A stretch of 64,000 bases of DNA from Entomortierella parvispora E1425. Its lineage: Eukaryota; Fungi; Mortierellomycota. Shown here piece after piece: positions 45,676 through 59,730 of this stretch. A program made the position numbers and the translations under genes. The DNA lies in NCBI GenBank assembly GCA_020891255.1, contig BQFW01000010.1, forward strand, positions 434,001-498,000, given 5' to 3'. The number at the start of each line of letters is the position of its first letter. Position 1 is the stretch's first letter. The notes below the pieces were generated by a model that saw only the letters and a program-made list of their open reading frames with translations, was not told the DNA's origin and did no database searches.

Positions 45676-46056
45676 ATGAAATCGTTGTCCTTCATTGCCT
45701 TGTGTCTGAGTCTAGTTGTGGGATCATGCGCTGCGGAAGATTCTATTGTGTTTGAAGTTGAGCAACAGTCTTGCAAGTATGTCAGGAAGGACAGATACTG
45801 GAGGATCGGATCTACTCTTTCTGAGAATGGTGCATTCGTTGACTCTCAGTCGCGCAGAGATTTCTTGGGACCCAACACTTTCGACTTTGCATCCACGCAC
45901 AATAAGTACAGTGCGCAGTGGAATGTCAATGAGAACGTCTGGATTAATTATAGAGGGGCAGGCAAAAGTTTGAAGTACTCGAGGAAGACTCTGATCGAGG
46001 GTGCATCTGCCTTCTGTTGGCCGAAATACAGATATGTTTACTTGTTTGAAGTCTGA
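45676..46056 (+). CDS. Small secreted protein (126 aa), unknown family
   Basis: Signal peptide MKSLSFIALCLSLVVGSCAA; aromatic, beta-rich mature region with two Cys; probable 5'-UTR intron. Confidence 0.75.
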   Translation: MKSLSFIALCLSLVVGSCAAEDSIVFEVEQQSCKYVRKDRYWRIGSTLSENGAFVDSQSRRDFLGPNTFDFASTHNKYSAQWNVNENVWINYRGAGKSLKYSRKTLIEGASAFCWPKYRYVYLFEV

Positions 46057-48981
46057 GTAAACCACCATCCTTCATTCTTAAAAATAATAAGAATAAAAAA
46101 TGTGGATGATGCACATCTTCTCCTAGTCCTGGTTAGAGACTGACATGCTCCTATTGTGCAAGAAAGGGGATGCCTCACTGCTGCCCAACTGGAAACCGCT
46201 GCCTTTGATCAACTGCCTTTGATCAACTGTGATGCTGATATTTCCTAAACTCTTAACCGACTGTCTCTGACCATTAATAGGACAACTCGTTTACTGCAAC
46301 GCTTGTCTACCGCTTCTATGATCCTGTCTCTCCACTCCACTCCAACCCCTCCTACTCCAACCCCTGCCACTCCAACACTCCAACCAATCCCAACATAGTT
46401 ACCATAGCCAGATAGACATATATATACCCCCTCCCTCCAACTCATTAAACGGCATTCACTTCTCTAGCTCTGCTTCTCCCTGCCCTTGTCCTCTCCTCGG
46501 GCTCCTCCTTGTATTCCCCCTCTGTGCCTATTACATTTACCCTTAGCAAACAGGCTTCAAGAGGGAACAATTCATTGCCCACAACGGGCTGGCAATCCGC
46601 ACTCTCTTGGATCACTGCAAGGCAGAACAGAGTACTCTAATTGGCCTCACGCTTGACTTTGAATTAATCTAAACCGACTTATTAGTCAGGCTGCTGATGT
46701 GGCACTTGCGAGCACGGCCCTAGAATCCTCAGTTCAATAGCAATGATAAAGACTCTCCAAACAAGCCCATAATTGCACTACCCTGTTCCGATCCGTCAAG
46801 AACACGTTAACAAACCCTTGGAGTAGACACTGAAGAAGATGAAGCGAGGACCAAAAAAAAAGGCCCTGCGATTGTTATGTTATATCCGCAGTGATCTCCA
46901 TTTGGCGGTCCTCTCTACTTTATTCGTTAATACTAGTCGAACCCGAGGTTATCTCTTTCTAGTATGGTCCCCTTCAGAGGGGTCAGACTGGATGTATCAA
47001 GATGAATCCTCACATACGTCGCCCTTGACACGATTTTGCCTTGCATCACATGCCATTTTGCCATCTTGACCGCGTGCACTGCGCGCGTATGCTCTCAATT
47101 TTTTTTTTTACCACTCATCTCTTTATCTCTTCCATTCTGCTTTCACAATGGATTACCCAACATCACCAACAGCAGCGTCCCACAAACTGTTGCCTAGAAC
47201 ATCGGGGGCGCAATTGGATCCAGCGATCTGTTGGATTTCCCTGTCAGGGTTTGATGATGCAGAGGAGATCTGGCAGGCACCATAGCACACAGTATGAAAG
47301 TCGTTGAGGCCTATGCTGTTTGCTCTCGTCGTCGCCGCACCCCTGATATGCAGTCCAGCAACAGGAATACTATTTAAATTTAACTAGAAGGATCCCGGGG
47401 CCTGCCCGGGGTGTGGTGCTAGAAGATCTGGGGATGAGGAGAGAGGTGAAGGGAAGAAAAGGGGGAGGGGAGGGGTATCAAGGGTTGTGGGATTAAAAAG
47501 GAGGGTCAAGGAAAGTGCGGTCTATGGTCAAGATATCACAAAGGTTGTCGGATTTTTTTTGTCCTGTCGAATGTTCCCTCGAAACCCTGGGGCGTTGGAT
47601 TCGGGCTGACGCCCTCATGAGCAAGTCACCGGTTCGAGGGCGCGCCTCTTCAGAGGCTTCTCTCGGGCTTGCAGTCATTCTTTCCCAGTCGCTTCCTTGG
47701 TGATGAGAGAGAGGGCCACTTTTCGTGCCGGCGCCTTCACTCCCAAGGAGAGTCCTGCGAAACACTATGTCAACTACAAAGTCAACGTGGGCAATCATAG
47801 TCTGGTTATTTTGGATGGTCTAGCGTTGAGCTCAGTGGTACCCTCCATCCGACAAGAGTCGCTGCAATTTTTGACCTGAATTAAACAAGGTAAAAACACA
47901 TACAATTTCGTCCTTTTTCTGCTTGTTCATACTCACCCCGACCATGCCGTTATTTTGCAGTTGTGACATAGAGCAAGCCTCGCTACCAAGAATTCTGCTC
48001 ACCCATGTGTCCCTCCACCGCATTGACACCACGGACAGTGGTAAAGCCCGCGAAGCGAAACAAACAATCAAAGACAGGAACGGCGAGCAATACCAAAACA
48101 TGGTCAACCTCACTCTCTCATGTGAAGTCCTCGATAGCATCCAACCAGACATGGTCTGACGATGACGACTGGTGTGAGACTGCTTTGTCCCTGAGGTAAC
48201 TGTTAGGACTTTTAGTTGTTTTTCACAGGGCATCTAGCAACCAGCGTTTATGATGTTGACCCTCGTCAAGCCGGACCACAAAGTCAGTGTCCAGCCCATC
48301 GTGCCACTAAATTTGTCCAAAGAGTTTGTGCGAGGTACTGTGCAGCCCCCTTCAGAGGATACCAAATTCGTGTACGACGAGTGCATGCTCCCGAGGCAGA
48401 TGTTGATCTACATCTGCTTCGGATCTCTCTTTGCAGCCTCGCTGAGCTGGATCTAGATCCGACGGTTCCATTGGATGTCCATATACAGAAAACGACACTG
48501 GAGTAAAAATCAAAGCGTTGATATCACCCACGTCATATCCAGCAATACCAGGAGAGCAGCAGCAACAGTGCGTACCAACAAAGTGATGACTCAACCAGAG
48601 GAGATTTCTACTTCGACGAACCTGTGGAACCTGTTTTGTTCGGAGCCACAGACAGTTGGAAGTGGCATTCGAGGAATCGATTTCCGTTGCTCATGGGTCT
48701 ATTTTGGAAGCGTGAGATCTTTCGCATGTTGTTAGATATGTCGTTCCGTTCTATGTGCTCCTGTTTAGCCACCCATTTTCAGTAGTTCTCCCGCAGTCGT
48801 GTTCGGAACCTTACTCCTGCTCTTTTCAGAACAAATAAGACACGGGATGCTCCAGCCTTCCTTCCCAGGATTAAGCGAGCCAGAAACGTTGCTAGAGAGA
48901 GAGGGAGACCCAATGCGTTTACACATTTTCTTTTCTTTTTTTACTATGAATGCTCGTGCTGTTGCCTGCATGCACAGAGGT

Positions 48982-51165
48982 CTAGATAAACTTCTTTTCG
49001 CTCATCTCCACCCGCTTCTTGTACCAGGCATATCCGGACATCGCCACCACCTGAAGCAAAATCAAGAACACAACGTACGTGACCCACGATGTTGAGCTCG
49101 CCAAGCGCTGTGTCTGTCGGTGGTTGAAGGATTGGCGATTGTCCATATCTTCCATTTTTGAGTTCAGATTGCGCAACTCATCCTTGAGCACCTTGGTGAT
49201 CACGTCTGGCTGATTGTCCTTGATGCCTCCCTGTGCCAAAATATGGTCCACCAATCCCTGGACCACCGACTCCATCGCATGCAACGAAGCCGCCATGGTC
49301 ACCAGTTTCTTGTTCACATCCTCAAGCCCCTGTGCCGTCGTTTCGGGTGCCTGGGCTGGAGCTCCAAGGGATTCGAGTTTGTTGTGGATGCTGTTGAGAG
49401 ACTCAATAATACGGAACTGCGTATCGGCCACGGTTGCAGCAATCTGAGACTATTAATACGAAAAGCAAAAGAGATATCAGAAACGCTCTCCTAGTTAAAA
49501 CAGTGGTAGTCAATGTTTAAACCGATACAAACTTACAGCAGAAAGAGTAGAAGGGCCATCGAGCTCTTCCTTCATCTTCTTCTCCTGCTCCTCGACCATC
49601 TTTTGAAGCTCCTCAAAGGCCTCCTTGTCCTTCTCATCCACTTTGACTTCACCGCCCTTCTTGACCATCTCTGCTTCGTGTGGTCGGAGAGGTTTCTACA
49701 GTGTCAATGAAATATAAAGACCGGGGCGTTAAGGTAGATGTATCATATCCTTTCCACACCAATTGAGCTTCATGGCCATTTTTTGCATACCTCTTTCTTT
49801 GCTGGTGGGCTCACCTCGTAGACCTCAAACGAAAACAAGTCGTGGTCATCAGGGGTACCAGTTTCTGCTGCCTCGGCCTATAAAGCACATGGTCAATACT
49901 CAGTAAACATAGATAGCCGCCGCCTCTGCCTCTGCCTCTGCTACTGCCACAGCTCGGATATTCCGTTCTGCTTCACGCTGGGCGTCCTCGTCCGGTCAGC
50001 TCCACACTTCATATTGAGCAAAGGACTGATTATCTTACCGAGAATCCAAAGTAATATCCCGTGGGAAGTTCAATATCCTTTTGCTCAAAGCAACTGCCCA
50101 TCTTCCTGCCCTTGTTGAACGTGTCGACTGAAACCTTGAGCTTTCCGCCAATGTAGGAAATTCTGACAACAGATGGCACAGGAGAGTTCTTGTAGTCACG
50201 GAGGCAGCCTCCAAAGCTGTTGGTGTTGGCTGTTGGGTTCTTCGGGAAAGCTTTTGTTCCATCGTTCATAATACCGTAAATGACTGGCGTCGTCCTCTAA
50301 TATTTTACGAATGAGGAAGGAGTTAGACATGGGTAAAAAAAAGAGGGTGCGACCAAGCGAGGCAAACAACGAGCTAAACGACCGACAAAGAAAGGAGCGC
50401 GTCTAGGCTCTGCTCTCAGGAGAGCTGCCTTTTTTTTTTTTTTTTTCCCTTCTCTACAGTTTTTCCCGTTAGCCCCATCATTGCGCTCTCCTCGACAAAT
50501 CAAAAGCACGCAACAGGAAGAAAAGTAAAAAAAAGACCTTCCCGAGTCAGGGGGGCAAGTTCTTACGCACCTGATTGAGAGGATCGCTCGAATCCATGAA
50601 CACTCCTAGACCCTCGTACTTTTCCTGGTTGCCAAAGACCGGTCCGTCCACAGCGCGCTCCTTGGTGTACCAGAAAGCGAGTCCTTTGCCGCCGACGTGA
50701 TTCTGTCCGAAAGCTTTGAATGAAAACTCCACCTCCCACTCCTTGTACGGGTTAGGGGTCGTTCTCCAGACGGAACCACGCAGACGCGGGACTGAAGGCG
50801 CCAATCGAATAAAGTCCAATGCCACGAATGCATCTATAAACAAAGGAAGCAAGAACGTAAAACAGTTCAGTCAACCAGGGTTCCATGAGCGTGAGAACTT
50901 GCCTTTTTTTTTCTTTTTTTTTCTTTCATTTCACAATGAATAAAAATGAGCATTCCAACACGTTACTGCCATGGTGATCCCAGAAGGGCATTGCTCCATT
51001 GTACTGGAAGGGCTTCTTGAGCGACTGCTTGTAGTCATGGCGACGGTTCTCGAAAGGCAAAACCGGGTCATCGGGGCTAGAGGGCTTGACTGGCGCGTCT
51101 CTTCCCCAGGCTAGTGCCGTGGACAAGAATAGGACGGGAACAAGAAGGATACCGCAGGTCTTCAT
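48982..51165 (-). CDS. L-type lectin cargo receptor (ERGIC-53/LMAN1/Emp47-like), multi-exon
   Basis: Signal peptide; RGSVW...EWEVEFSF...GGKGLAFWYT...GPVFG; LPTGYYFGFS; DDHDLFSF; coiled-coil stalk; TM helix; C-terminal KKFI dilysine-type motif. Confidence 0.92.
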
Positions 51166-53266
51166 TGCTACAAGGATTGCGGCTGGTGGGAGAATGCAAT
51201 CGACGGTGAAGGGAATCCGAGAGTCAGAGGGGAGCTGGAGAGAGCGATAAGCGAGAGCAATGAGGGACGGTGGACAGGGTGGTGACTAATCCGGTGCAGA
51301 TGGACAAACAGTTCGCGTCACCCCGGAAATCAGCAAGAGCGAAAGGGACGGGACAAAGTAAAGAAGGAAAGGGAAGACAGGAAAGGGGGGGAAAGGAGAA
51401 GAAGGAAGCGAAGAGCAAAGGGGGCAACGACAAGGATGAAGCAAGAAGAGGGGAAGAGGAAGGGGGGGAAAGAGACCGTTAGACAAAGACACACCCAAAG
51501 GCTGGCCCCTGCCATCCATCCCTTGCGATGTTTGTACGCAACTCTGTCCAAGGCGTTTGTGCGCCGATGTGGTTTGAGCCTTCCTTTGGTGCATTCACTG
51601 AATTCTGTCTTCCTGTCTTTCTGTCTTTCTGTCTCAAGAATCATTGCGCCAGAGAGGCGCAAACTGAGGGAGGGGCTGGACACTCCAGTGACAGGATCAA
51701 ACGACTAGCCCACTGAGCGAGGTATGAACTGTTGCTCAGAGAGGACCCTCCATCCGGTGGCCATGCTGTGTCCACTTCCACTGGTGGGAGCACAGGACAG
51801 CGAGGACCCTTTCTGACGTGGCAATGGCCAGCAGGACAAACATCGAAACAGCGAATCAGACGCGTGCGATACATCGTCCCGTGTTGATTGGGCGGGCACA
51901 CGCGTCTCTTCCACGCACTCATTTATCCACCTTCTGCTGAGATTTCCGACCGGACTTATTAACCATAGACCTTGGTGTGCCCCGGACCACTCTCGGCCTG
52001 GTCTGTCCTCGCATCTCCCTCAAACTGCGAACCTGGCAGCCTCTGGCAAAAGGCAAAAAAAGTGCCATAAACTGTCCTGGAGGAAGAAGAGCCCGCTCAT
52101 CTCTTGTTTCTTCAACCGCAACTGGACGCATTGCATGCAGAGAGAGACAAGGACTAAGTGAGCTGTAAAAGAACCAGCACTCCTTTTTGAGTTGCAACCA
52201 AAGCTCTGCCTTTCCTTTGACTTGCATTTTTTCCTCAATCCTTGAATAAAAAAAATGACGGTCGTAAATAGAGATAGAATCGACTATTGTTAGCAGGTGA
52301 GAGCAAGGGAAGACTGAGCTGTATCAGAACCCAAGAAGCAGGATCAGGGCTGGTTGAAACTGATATCTTTAGTCAAGTTCTTTGGCTGAATACTCTGAGT
52401 TTTGGTCATTCCTTGTGGAAAATCATAAAAATTAACAAAAAAAGACGAAGGAGGTCCTTTGCACGCTGTCAGATTCTATGCTAACACCTGAAGGGCAAGT
52501 CACTACCGAGAATGTGACCTTGAGGGTCAGTAAGATGTCATGAAAAAAAAACCGTTTTGTTCAAGGAGACAGGCAGGCTGGAAAGAGAGCCTTGAGATAA
52601 AGAAAAATATCGTCTGCGGTGCAAGGAGAGAAACCTCCTGCTCCTGGCACCGCTTTAAGTGTTCCACGTAGCCATTCAGACCTCAGCAATAGTCCTGGCT
52701 GCAATTGGATGCGCCCAAAGAGCCAGCTCCTCTGAATCTATTGAATTTGGGAAGAAAAAGAGGAGGAAATAATAATTGAACAAGGGACCTGTCTGCAGCC
52801 GAAGACAAGAAAAAGACGGGCCAAGGCAAACAAGGTGCCTGGCCGATCTCGATACCAGAAAATGCAGACAAGACGATGCGGAAAGGTCCATTTGTGTCTG
52901 CCTGCCTGCCTGCTGTTTGTCTGCTGTTTGTCTGCTGCTGCTCTCTTGGCCCTTACTACTTACACATCTCACCGGTCTCCTCCTCTCCTCCTGGCCATGC
53001 CTCTCTCGTCCCTTTTTTGCCTTGCTCATGCTTGAGACAGTAAAAAAGGTTGATCCTCGCTGCATCGGCACCTTACTCATAAACAACCTTTGTCCTCGAG
53101 ACAGAGTAGATAGTGAAAGCGACGGCAAACATATAAAGGGCAGCCTCTTGTTGATTCTTTTCCTTCTTTCTTTCTCACTCCTTTCCATTCGACCTGTCAT
53201 TTGTAGTACGGCACATCTTCAGCAAGGACTTCGCACACTTCTCAGTCACGTAACCAACTTTACTAC

Positions 53267-53274
<8 letters not shown>

Positions 53275-53334
<60 letters not shown>
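53275..53334. repeat. (TC)30 microsatellite just upstream of the ORF at 53372
   Basis: Perfect dinucleotide run. Confidence 0.95.
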
Positions 53335-53337
<3 letters not shown>

Positions 53338-53371
53338 CCCTCTCTCTTCCTCCCTCATCTCTCTCCACACC

Positions 53372-54337
53372 ATGTCCGTCTACAACAGTGACTCGGGCCT
53401 CTTCACCCCAGATAGCGAGATGACCATGAACGAAATCATGTTGACCAGCACTTCAGGAACAGCCCTTCCAACCATCCCAGAATCACCCTGCGAGGAAGAA
53501 TCCGATTTTGATTTCGACGAGCCCGAAATGATGAACGCCTTCTTCAATGCCACAGCCACATCCTCTACCGCTCGTTCCAAGACTACACCCACCACTGCCA
53601 AATCGCATCATCGCCTATCCCTCAACCTTGCCTTTCTCTCCCCGAACACGGCAAATAGGCCTGACAACAATTCCAACAAGCTGTCTGCGTCCTGCACCAC
53701 CGGAGTTTCTTCACCAATGTCCTCATCACCGCCCTCGGCGACGTATTCTTGCCCCTCTTTTGCATCGTCTACTGCTTCTTCCGTAGCTTCCTCGCCTGGC
53801 GGTGTCATGGGCGGCGCCTGTGCCTGTTCACCTGCAGCCCTCTCACCGATCTTGAACCCTTTTCAATGGACGACGGATCTACGACAATACATCATTACCG
53901 ATATTGGACCCCAGCCTTCCAACAGTCGTCAAATCCCAACCCTTGTTCGCAGTCATGTCCAACAGCAAAAGGAGCAATCACAACAAGCACAGTCTCCATT
54001 GTCACCGTCCCCTTCTCATCAGATGCAACGCCAACGATCCAACTCTAGGATCCAAGCAGTAGCAATCACTACATTGGCAGCGAATAGTGCTTTGGGGAGC
54101 GGCATGTCTTCAAGCTTTTCAAACTTCAAGGCCCTGGATGGTGATCACTGTCTGGACGAAGAAGTAGAGGATGAGCACGACTCATCGTTTTCGAGTGGGG
54201 GATTTTATGGCAGAAAGTTTGGTGTCGGCATGATGGATCGATTTCCAATGTTGACCTCAAAAGAAGTCGGGTCAACCATGTCAGAGACTGCTATCGAAGA
54301 TTCCGACATGACAGTCGATCAAGAGTTCAGTTCATGA
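53372..54337 (+). CDS. Hypothetical S/T-rich, probably disordered protein (321 aa)
   Basis: Long single ORF after a pyrimidine-rich leader; no domain recognised. Confidence 0.6.
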   Translation: MSVYNSDSGLFTPDSEMTMNEIMLTSTSGTALPTIPESPCEEESDFDFDEPEMMNAFFNATATSSTARSKTTPTTAKSHHRLSLNLAFLSPNTANRPDNNSNKLSASCTTGVSSPMSSSPPSATYSCPSFASSTASSVASSPGGVMGGACACSPAALSPILNPFQWTTDLRQYIITDIGPQPSNSRQIPTLVRSHVQQQKEQSQQAQSPLSPSPSHQMQRQRSNSRIQAVAITTLAANSALGSGMSSSFSNFKALDGDHCLDEEVEDEHDSSFSSGGFYGRKFGVGMMDRFPMLTSKEVGSTMSETAIEDSDMTVDQEFSS

Positions 54338-54665
54338 CAGACCAGATGACGGCACCGATGATCCTAATGGTGATGATGACAAAAACCCTGTCTCCATCGT
54401 ACCCATTTCTCGCGAAGCATGATCGACCGCATATCCTTTTTTTAGGATAGAATCCGATGACTACCCTACGTTAATTGTCCCCCCATCCAAGAAAAAATAG
54501 GAGACACTTTGTCCCTCCCTCTCCCCTTCTCGCCCTCTCCTCTCCCGCTCCTCCCGCAGTTGTTCTGGCGCCAAGTTGTTCTCAGTCGTTTTCCGCTCTT
54601 AATTAAAATCGGTTCTGTATTGATCAAAAAAAATCATGGTGATGGGTAAAACAACACTTTTCTTT

Positions 54666-55509
54666 TTAAGCCAAAACAATTGCCTGCATCATAGCCAACA
54701 TGATGACTGCAACAGCTGAAGTAGCCGCAGTTTGTGTGGCGCCACTCTTTTTGGTCGAGGCGCCCTCCTGTTTGGCAGGCTGTTGTTGTCTCTGTGGTCC
54801 GGAAGCAGCAGGGGTAGCAGCAGCAGGGGCAGCAACAGGGGCGGCAGCAGGGACGGGGGCAGCCTTGGCATTGGCCGCATGCACAGCTCCAGCAAGAACC
54901 GTTGCTGGCTTGATCGTGATTGGTGCAGAGACGATAGCTCCATTGCCTCCAGGGTTGATCTTTTCGCCGGCGGGGATCACTGGACGAAGCGTACCTGGAT
55001 TTCCAGACGCATCTGTGATTGTGAATCGAGTCGCCCACGCAGTGGCTTTGGTGTCCTTGGTTTGGAACATCAAAAAGTAGACTGAGCAAATGGATGGAAG
55101 GTAGAGGATAGTTTGGTCAGACAAAATACACTCAAGCTCTATCGCTCAATCGCTCCAAAGACAAGTGAAGGGAGGAGAAGGGGGACTTACTTTGTCCGGG
55201 AGGGGACACGTTGGGTACCAAGTACTTAACGCTGCTCACACCGCCAGGCCCAGCCTGAACGTCAGTCGCGATCGTTGCAAGTTTCTTTTGATGGTCATCA
55301 GAGCCAGTCATCAAAAAGATATCGAAGACGGGCTTGGTAGAGAGCAATGGAGCCTGCTTGTCGTCTGACCAGGAGATGGTAACATATGTGTTGGGCTTCC
55401 AGACCGTGGCGCCGACAGGCGTCGCCGGGTAAACGAACCCACGGACGGGTCGGAGGAGGACTGCCGTAGAGGCGAGAAGGAGAGAGACAAAGAGAGTGGT
55501 TGACTTCAT
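54666..55509 (-). CDS. Secreted, probably GPI-anchored protein with a Kre9/Knh1-like N-terminal domain, 2 exons
   Basis: Signal peptide MKSTTLFVSLLLASTAVLL; PVGATVWKPNTYVTISW; YFLMF...WATRFTIT; A/P-rich linker; hydrophobic C-terminus after SGA. Confidence 0.85.
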
Positions 55510-56273
55510 TGGTGAGAAAAGCAAGGGCAAGAGCTCAACTGAGAGGATAAAAGACTGAAAAAGAGGATGACAAGGGGAAGCAAGGCTAGGTGGCACCTTT
55601 TATTAAAGAACGGATGGATCCCGATACAAGGCAATGGTGGGTTTCTGTCAGCATGGCTATATGCCCGATCAGAGGCGGGTAGTGTGCAGAAGAGCTCGGA
55701 TCCATCACTGATAGTGGGTGCATCTATAGCCTCAATGCCTGGCTACCCGCCGAACGATGAGAAAGAAGAGATAACGGTCTTTTCTCCGTTCGTGGTTCAT
55801 CTTTCAAATGCAACTGAGTTTGCTCAACTGTCGATGGACCAAAGAGATAAGATCATATTATAGGGGCAGATGGGAACAGCCAGAGGGTGAACTGGGCTAC
55901 GATTCCACATTCCCATGGAATGGCTGGGCTGGCTGACATCGACCGTTAGCCATGCTGAAGAAAGACATGGAGTTGGGAACAGATTTAAAAAAAAGGGTCC
56001 AGAGCACGAGTTTTTATTTCCTCGGCAAAGCATCGCGCGCGGTGCCTGCTTGTGTTGACTTTGTCTGTCCAACTGCGCCCCATTCCCTCATCCATCCTTC
56101 ATTTACCGCGCATCCAACGGAGAGACTGACTCAATTCACGGCCTCAGGGGCTTAGATCAGTTTTGCGAACGGGCCCACGGCAAATAAAAGCTTGGTCCTC
56201 TCTTTATTTATCACCTATTCTTCTTCTGTTGCCTCTATGAGGCCAAGGAGCGTTTCACCTCAACTTGTCTGCC

Positions 56274-56900
56274 ATGTTTATTGACAAACGTCTTCCTACA
56301 GAGGTATGGTTCCACATCTCTTCGTATCTCTACCCATCTCAGCTTTCACATCTGTCCATGGCACTGCCTTATTGGCATCTGCTCTTCAAATTCATGGCGA
56401 CAAAACCTCACTTCGATTGCTTCCTGGTATACCGGATACACCGTCTTATATGATCTACATGTGTGCAATGAGCTCGATCGTTTGTGAAAGATGCTTCCGA
56501 AAGTGCGATATCGACCCCGCGGAAGCCTCGTCCTTTCCACTTCCCATTAATCGTTCAACGGAGACCATGACTCAAGGCGGGAGGACTGGTTGGATGCTCT
56601 GTAGATGATAACTGGGGAGAGTGTCGCATCGCACACTTCAGTCACTAACCAGAGCCGCTCCCCCGCGCTATCCTTAGGCAAGTATTTCTGAGTCTCAAAC
56701 AAAGTTATGGGTAGATATCAACTGCGTCAAGAAGATGTCGCCTCCGTTTCACATTGGCGCAATATTGGCAGCCTCCAATTACCTGGAGATGGAGGTGTTG
56801 CGAGCGGCTAGAACTGTCTATGGCGGTGACATTGGGATAGTGGCCGCTGTCAACAATAATGTGTATGATCGAGTATCAAAGAGGCCAGGATTCATTACTA
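56274..56900 (+). pseudogene. Decayed fifth copy of the F-box/XPA-like family
   Basis: Pieces in different frames: LPTEVWFHISSYLYPSQL; LRLLPGIPDTPSYMIYMCAMSSIVCERC; YLEMEVLRAARTVYGGDIGI; with deletions and frameshifts. Confidence 0.8.
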
Positions 56901-57095
56901 TAGCAGCTTGCGGTAAACGCTCGATCGGGCAGCTGTTGTTTTCCCCGAGTCATCACTTTCTCTCGCGAAATATTCTCTCACACAAACCTGTAACCTGCTT
57001 GTAGTCTTGTGCGCGAATAAAATCAGCCACCAGCGATGTCCAACTGGCAAATGTCCATTCTTTCTCTTTGGAATGCAAGAATATCATTATATTAT

Positions 57096-59730
57096 TTATT
57101 CTCTAGGTGGCAGCGCTCCCGTTTCAATCCAGTTGACGAGTTCTTTCTTTGCTTTTAAATCTTTTGTCAGTTTGACAGGATGGAACATAGAAATGTTTGA
57201 TGTCAGGTAATCACGCCAGTGGTCTCGCACATAGTCGAGCCAGAGGTATAGCTCCGTCCAGTCTACCCAGTTCTCAGTAGGCTCCACCGCAATGAGCGAT
57301 AGTCCGAGCGCCAGTTCCAAGAACACATTGTACTTTAAACACTGATTCAGGACCTTGGTCAACTCGACCGAGATTCTCTTTGGAACGTACACAGCGTCAG
57401 CATACGACCTGACATCGATTGGTCCCTGGATTCCAGAAAAGGCAGCAATCCGCTCCCTTTGCTCAGTCGTAAATGAACCAGGGTCTCTCGAAAGCTCACC
57501 TGACTCTGGTCTCCACCACTGTTCCCAAGAGTCCGGTGCGGCCATTAAAAGGTTGTGTACATCAAGTTTAGCACTTGGAACATGCTTCCACACTTTGTCC
57601 TGATCAAATTCAGCAATTTGATGTACGTTGAGCACCACATCGTCGTTGGTAAAGAGATATCCAGCGTAGTCTGGAAACCTTTCCATGGCCCACGTGAGGG
57701 ACCGATAGCTTGCGTATCCAGCGTCAGTTGGGACCTCAATGACAAGATCGTTCAGGTGAGTGGGCACATTGGGACCAAAGATCTTGATGTTGGGGAAGTA
57801 TGGTGCGTAGATGGCTAGAAATGGCTCAATAGCGTCATACACGGGATGGTTGAGATGAAGCACCATCAGAATGTCCTTGAACCTGATCGAGAATGTCTTG
57901 TCCTGCGCCTCCGTAATCTGTATCCGTGACATAGTAGGGTCAGATTCTGCTTCCTGCTGGCATTCTTCCAAGGCATCATTGGCGATTTTCCGAGAGGTCT
58001 GTAGATGCAGCCGAGGTTCTGCTTCTTCGTATAGCTTCAGGTGGACCTGTTCAGGGACGTATGGCGAGACTTTTGGGAACACATATCCTACGTCCATCAG
58101 ATCCTTCATCCACCGCTGTGCAAGCTCTACATCCTTGGCTCCAATAAAGTCATTGTCCGCCATGGCCTTCATCAAATCGACGATGCGAGTGTCGAGCTCT
58201 GTGGATGTTGAATTCCAGGAGGCGAGAAAGTCAATGAACAAGGAGGTTTGGGCATAGATTTGAAGCTCGTCCATATAATCGGCATGGTAATTGTGGGCGT
58301 TTCGAATCTGATCCACTGTCGGCTTGGTGAATCCAAGAGTCCCGTTTACATCCCAGAGCAGGCGCTGTACCCAGTATCCCCTCCAGATATCGCACACTCG
58401 GAAAGAGACTATCATGGTTGAGAGGACAAGCAAACAGGATGAGCAAGGTGATCCGTTAATAAATCCAGACTTTCCGAATGGCATGAAGGTTACCCGTTAC
58501 TGGAAGGAGGAGACCCCAGAGGGTGTCATAGCTGAAAAGAGTGTTCTATTAAACATGCAAAGGTCAGATCACGGCTTCACAGCCAGGCTCAGCCAGGCTC
58601 AGCCCAGATAGGCACAAAAAAAAAAAAAAAAAAAGATTTCAGGAAAACAACATCATACCTGAGAGTTAAATGGGGAAAAAGTTCCGGGGGAAAGACGGAG
58701 CGAGGGTGATTTTTTGCAGAACCGTGCCTGTTTTAGCTCCTGTCCCTGTGTCAACCTGAAAATCGCATCCACATCCGGATCCAAATCTGCAAGACTTTGT
58801 TGGATCAGCATCGGAGGCGCCAGTATACTCCTAGCTGGCTCAGGGATCGAATCGTACTCCGAAAGATAGGCGACAGGTCGACGCACGTCAATGTCATCCA
58901 AGGGAAAGCCACGGGGCCAGATGTCTGGTCTGCCAAAGTGTGAGTAAATATTGACGCTCTTTCCTCCGGTGGCGTTGGCTGGCCGATATCCAATGAGACT
59001 GTCTGTGGGTGACTCGAAGATGATATCCTTGCCGGTGGGAAGATTGTCGTCTGTGGGATACCACAAAAAAAGTCTTCTGTTTAGTCTCAACAGTCAATAC
59101 AACCGAGTTCCTGCTCTCGCTTTCATCTCTTGCATGTGATATCATACCATCGGTATCAAAGACCTTTGTCGCTCCTTGTTGGACGGCCCACAGGTAGCCG
59201 ATATTTTTCCTGGTATATGCGTTGTGCGGCACAACATCGATGATACTGTAGCCCAGGCACTGTTGTTCTTCGACGGACAGGTATACACAAGATCCACACG
59301 TCCACTCCTTTGGGGATTTGGAATATGCTATTACAACCACCTAAAACAGGTGCAGCGATCAAGGTACGTTAATCTCCAAGAACACAAGAGCAAGCCATTG
59401 CCAACTAATCATCTGGTTGATGAGATACAGTCAACGTACATGCCATCCCTCGAGATTGCACAGAAGCTCCATTGCATCCGTTGGTGGGTTGATGGTTGTG
59501 ATAACAATCCAGTTTTTGCCGATGACCTTCTTCTTTTCATTGATTCCATGGCTTGTGGTTGCACAGTGGCCTGGGGGAGAGTTGATAGGGTTTGACAGGA
59601 ACAGAGTGTGAACGAGAATGAGGGTGCTGGCGATGGCAAGTGCAAGGAGCCCGATCCAAAATCGTCTATTGCCAGTGTTATGACTGAGAGCGGTGTAGTT
59701 AACGTCGCCAAAACTGAACCTGGCAGCCAT
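57096..59730 (-). CDS. STELLO/DUF288-like type II Golgi glycosyltransferase-like protein, multi-exon
   Basis: N-terminal anchor; WIVITTINPPT; RKNIGYLWAVQQGATKVFDTD; YSHFG...WPRGFPL; IQQSLADLDPDVDAIFRLT; PFNSQ; FRVCDIWRGYWVQRLLW. Confidence 0.9.

Noticed and set aside
47515-48735. Cluster of short + strand ORFs, possibly a decayed F-box/LRR gene
   Set aside because: Only faint resemblance and no continuous alignable frame.
51200-53370. ORFs of 60-215 aa in purine- or pyrimidine-rich sequence
   Set aside because: Driven by simple-sequence bias and the (TC)n run; intergenic between divergent genes.
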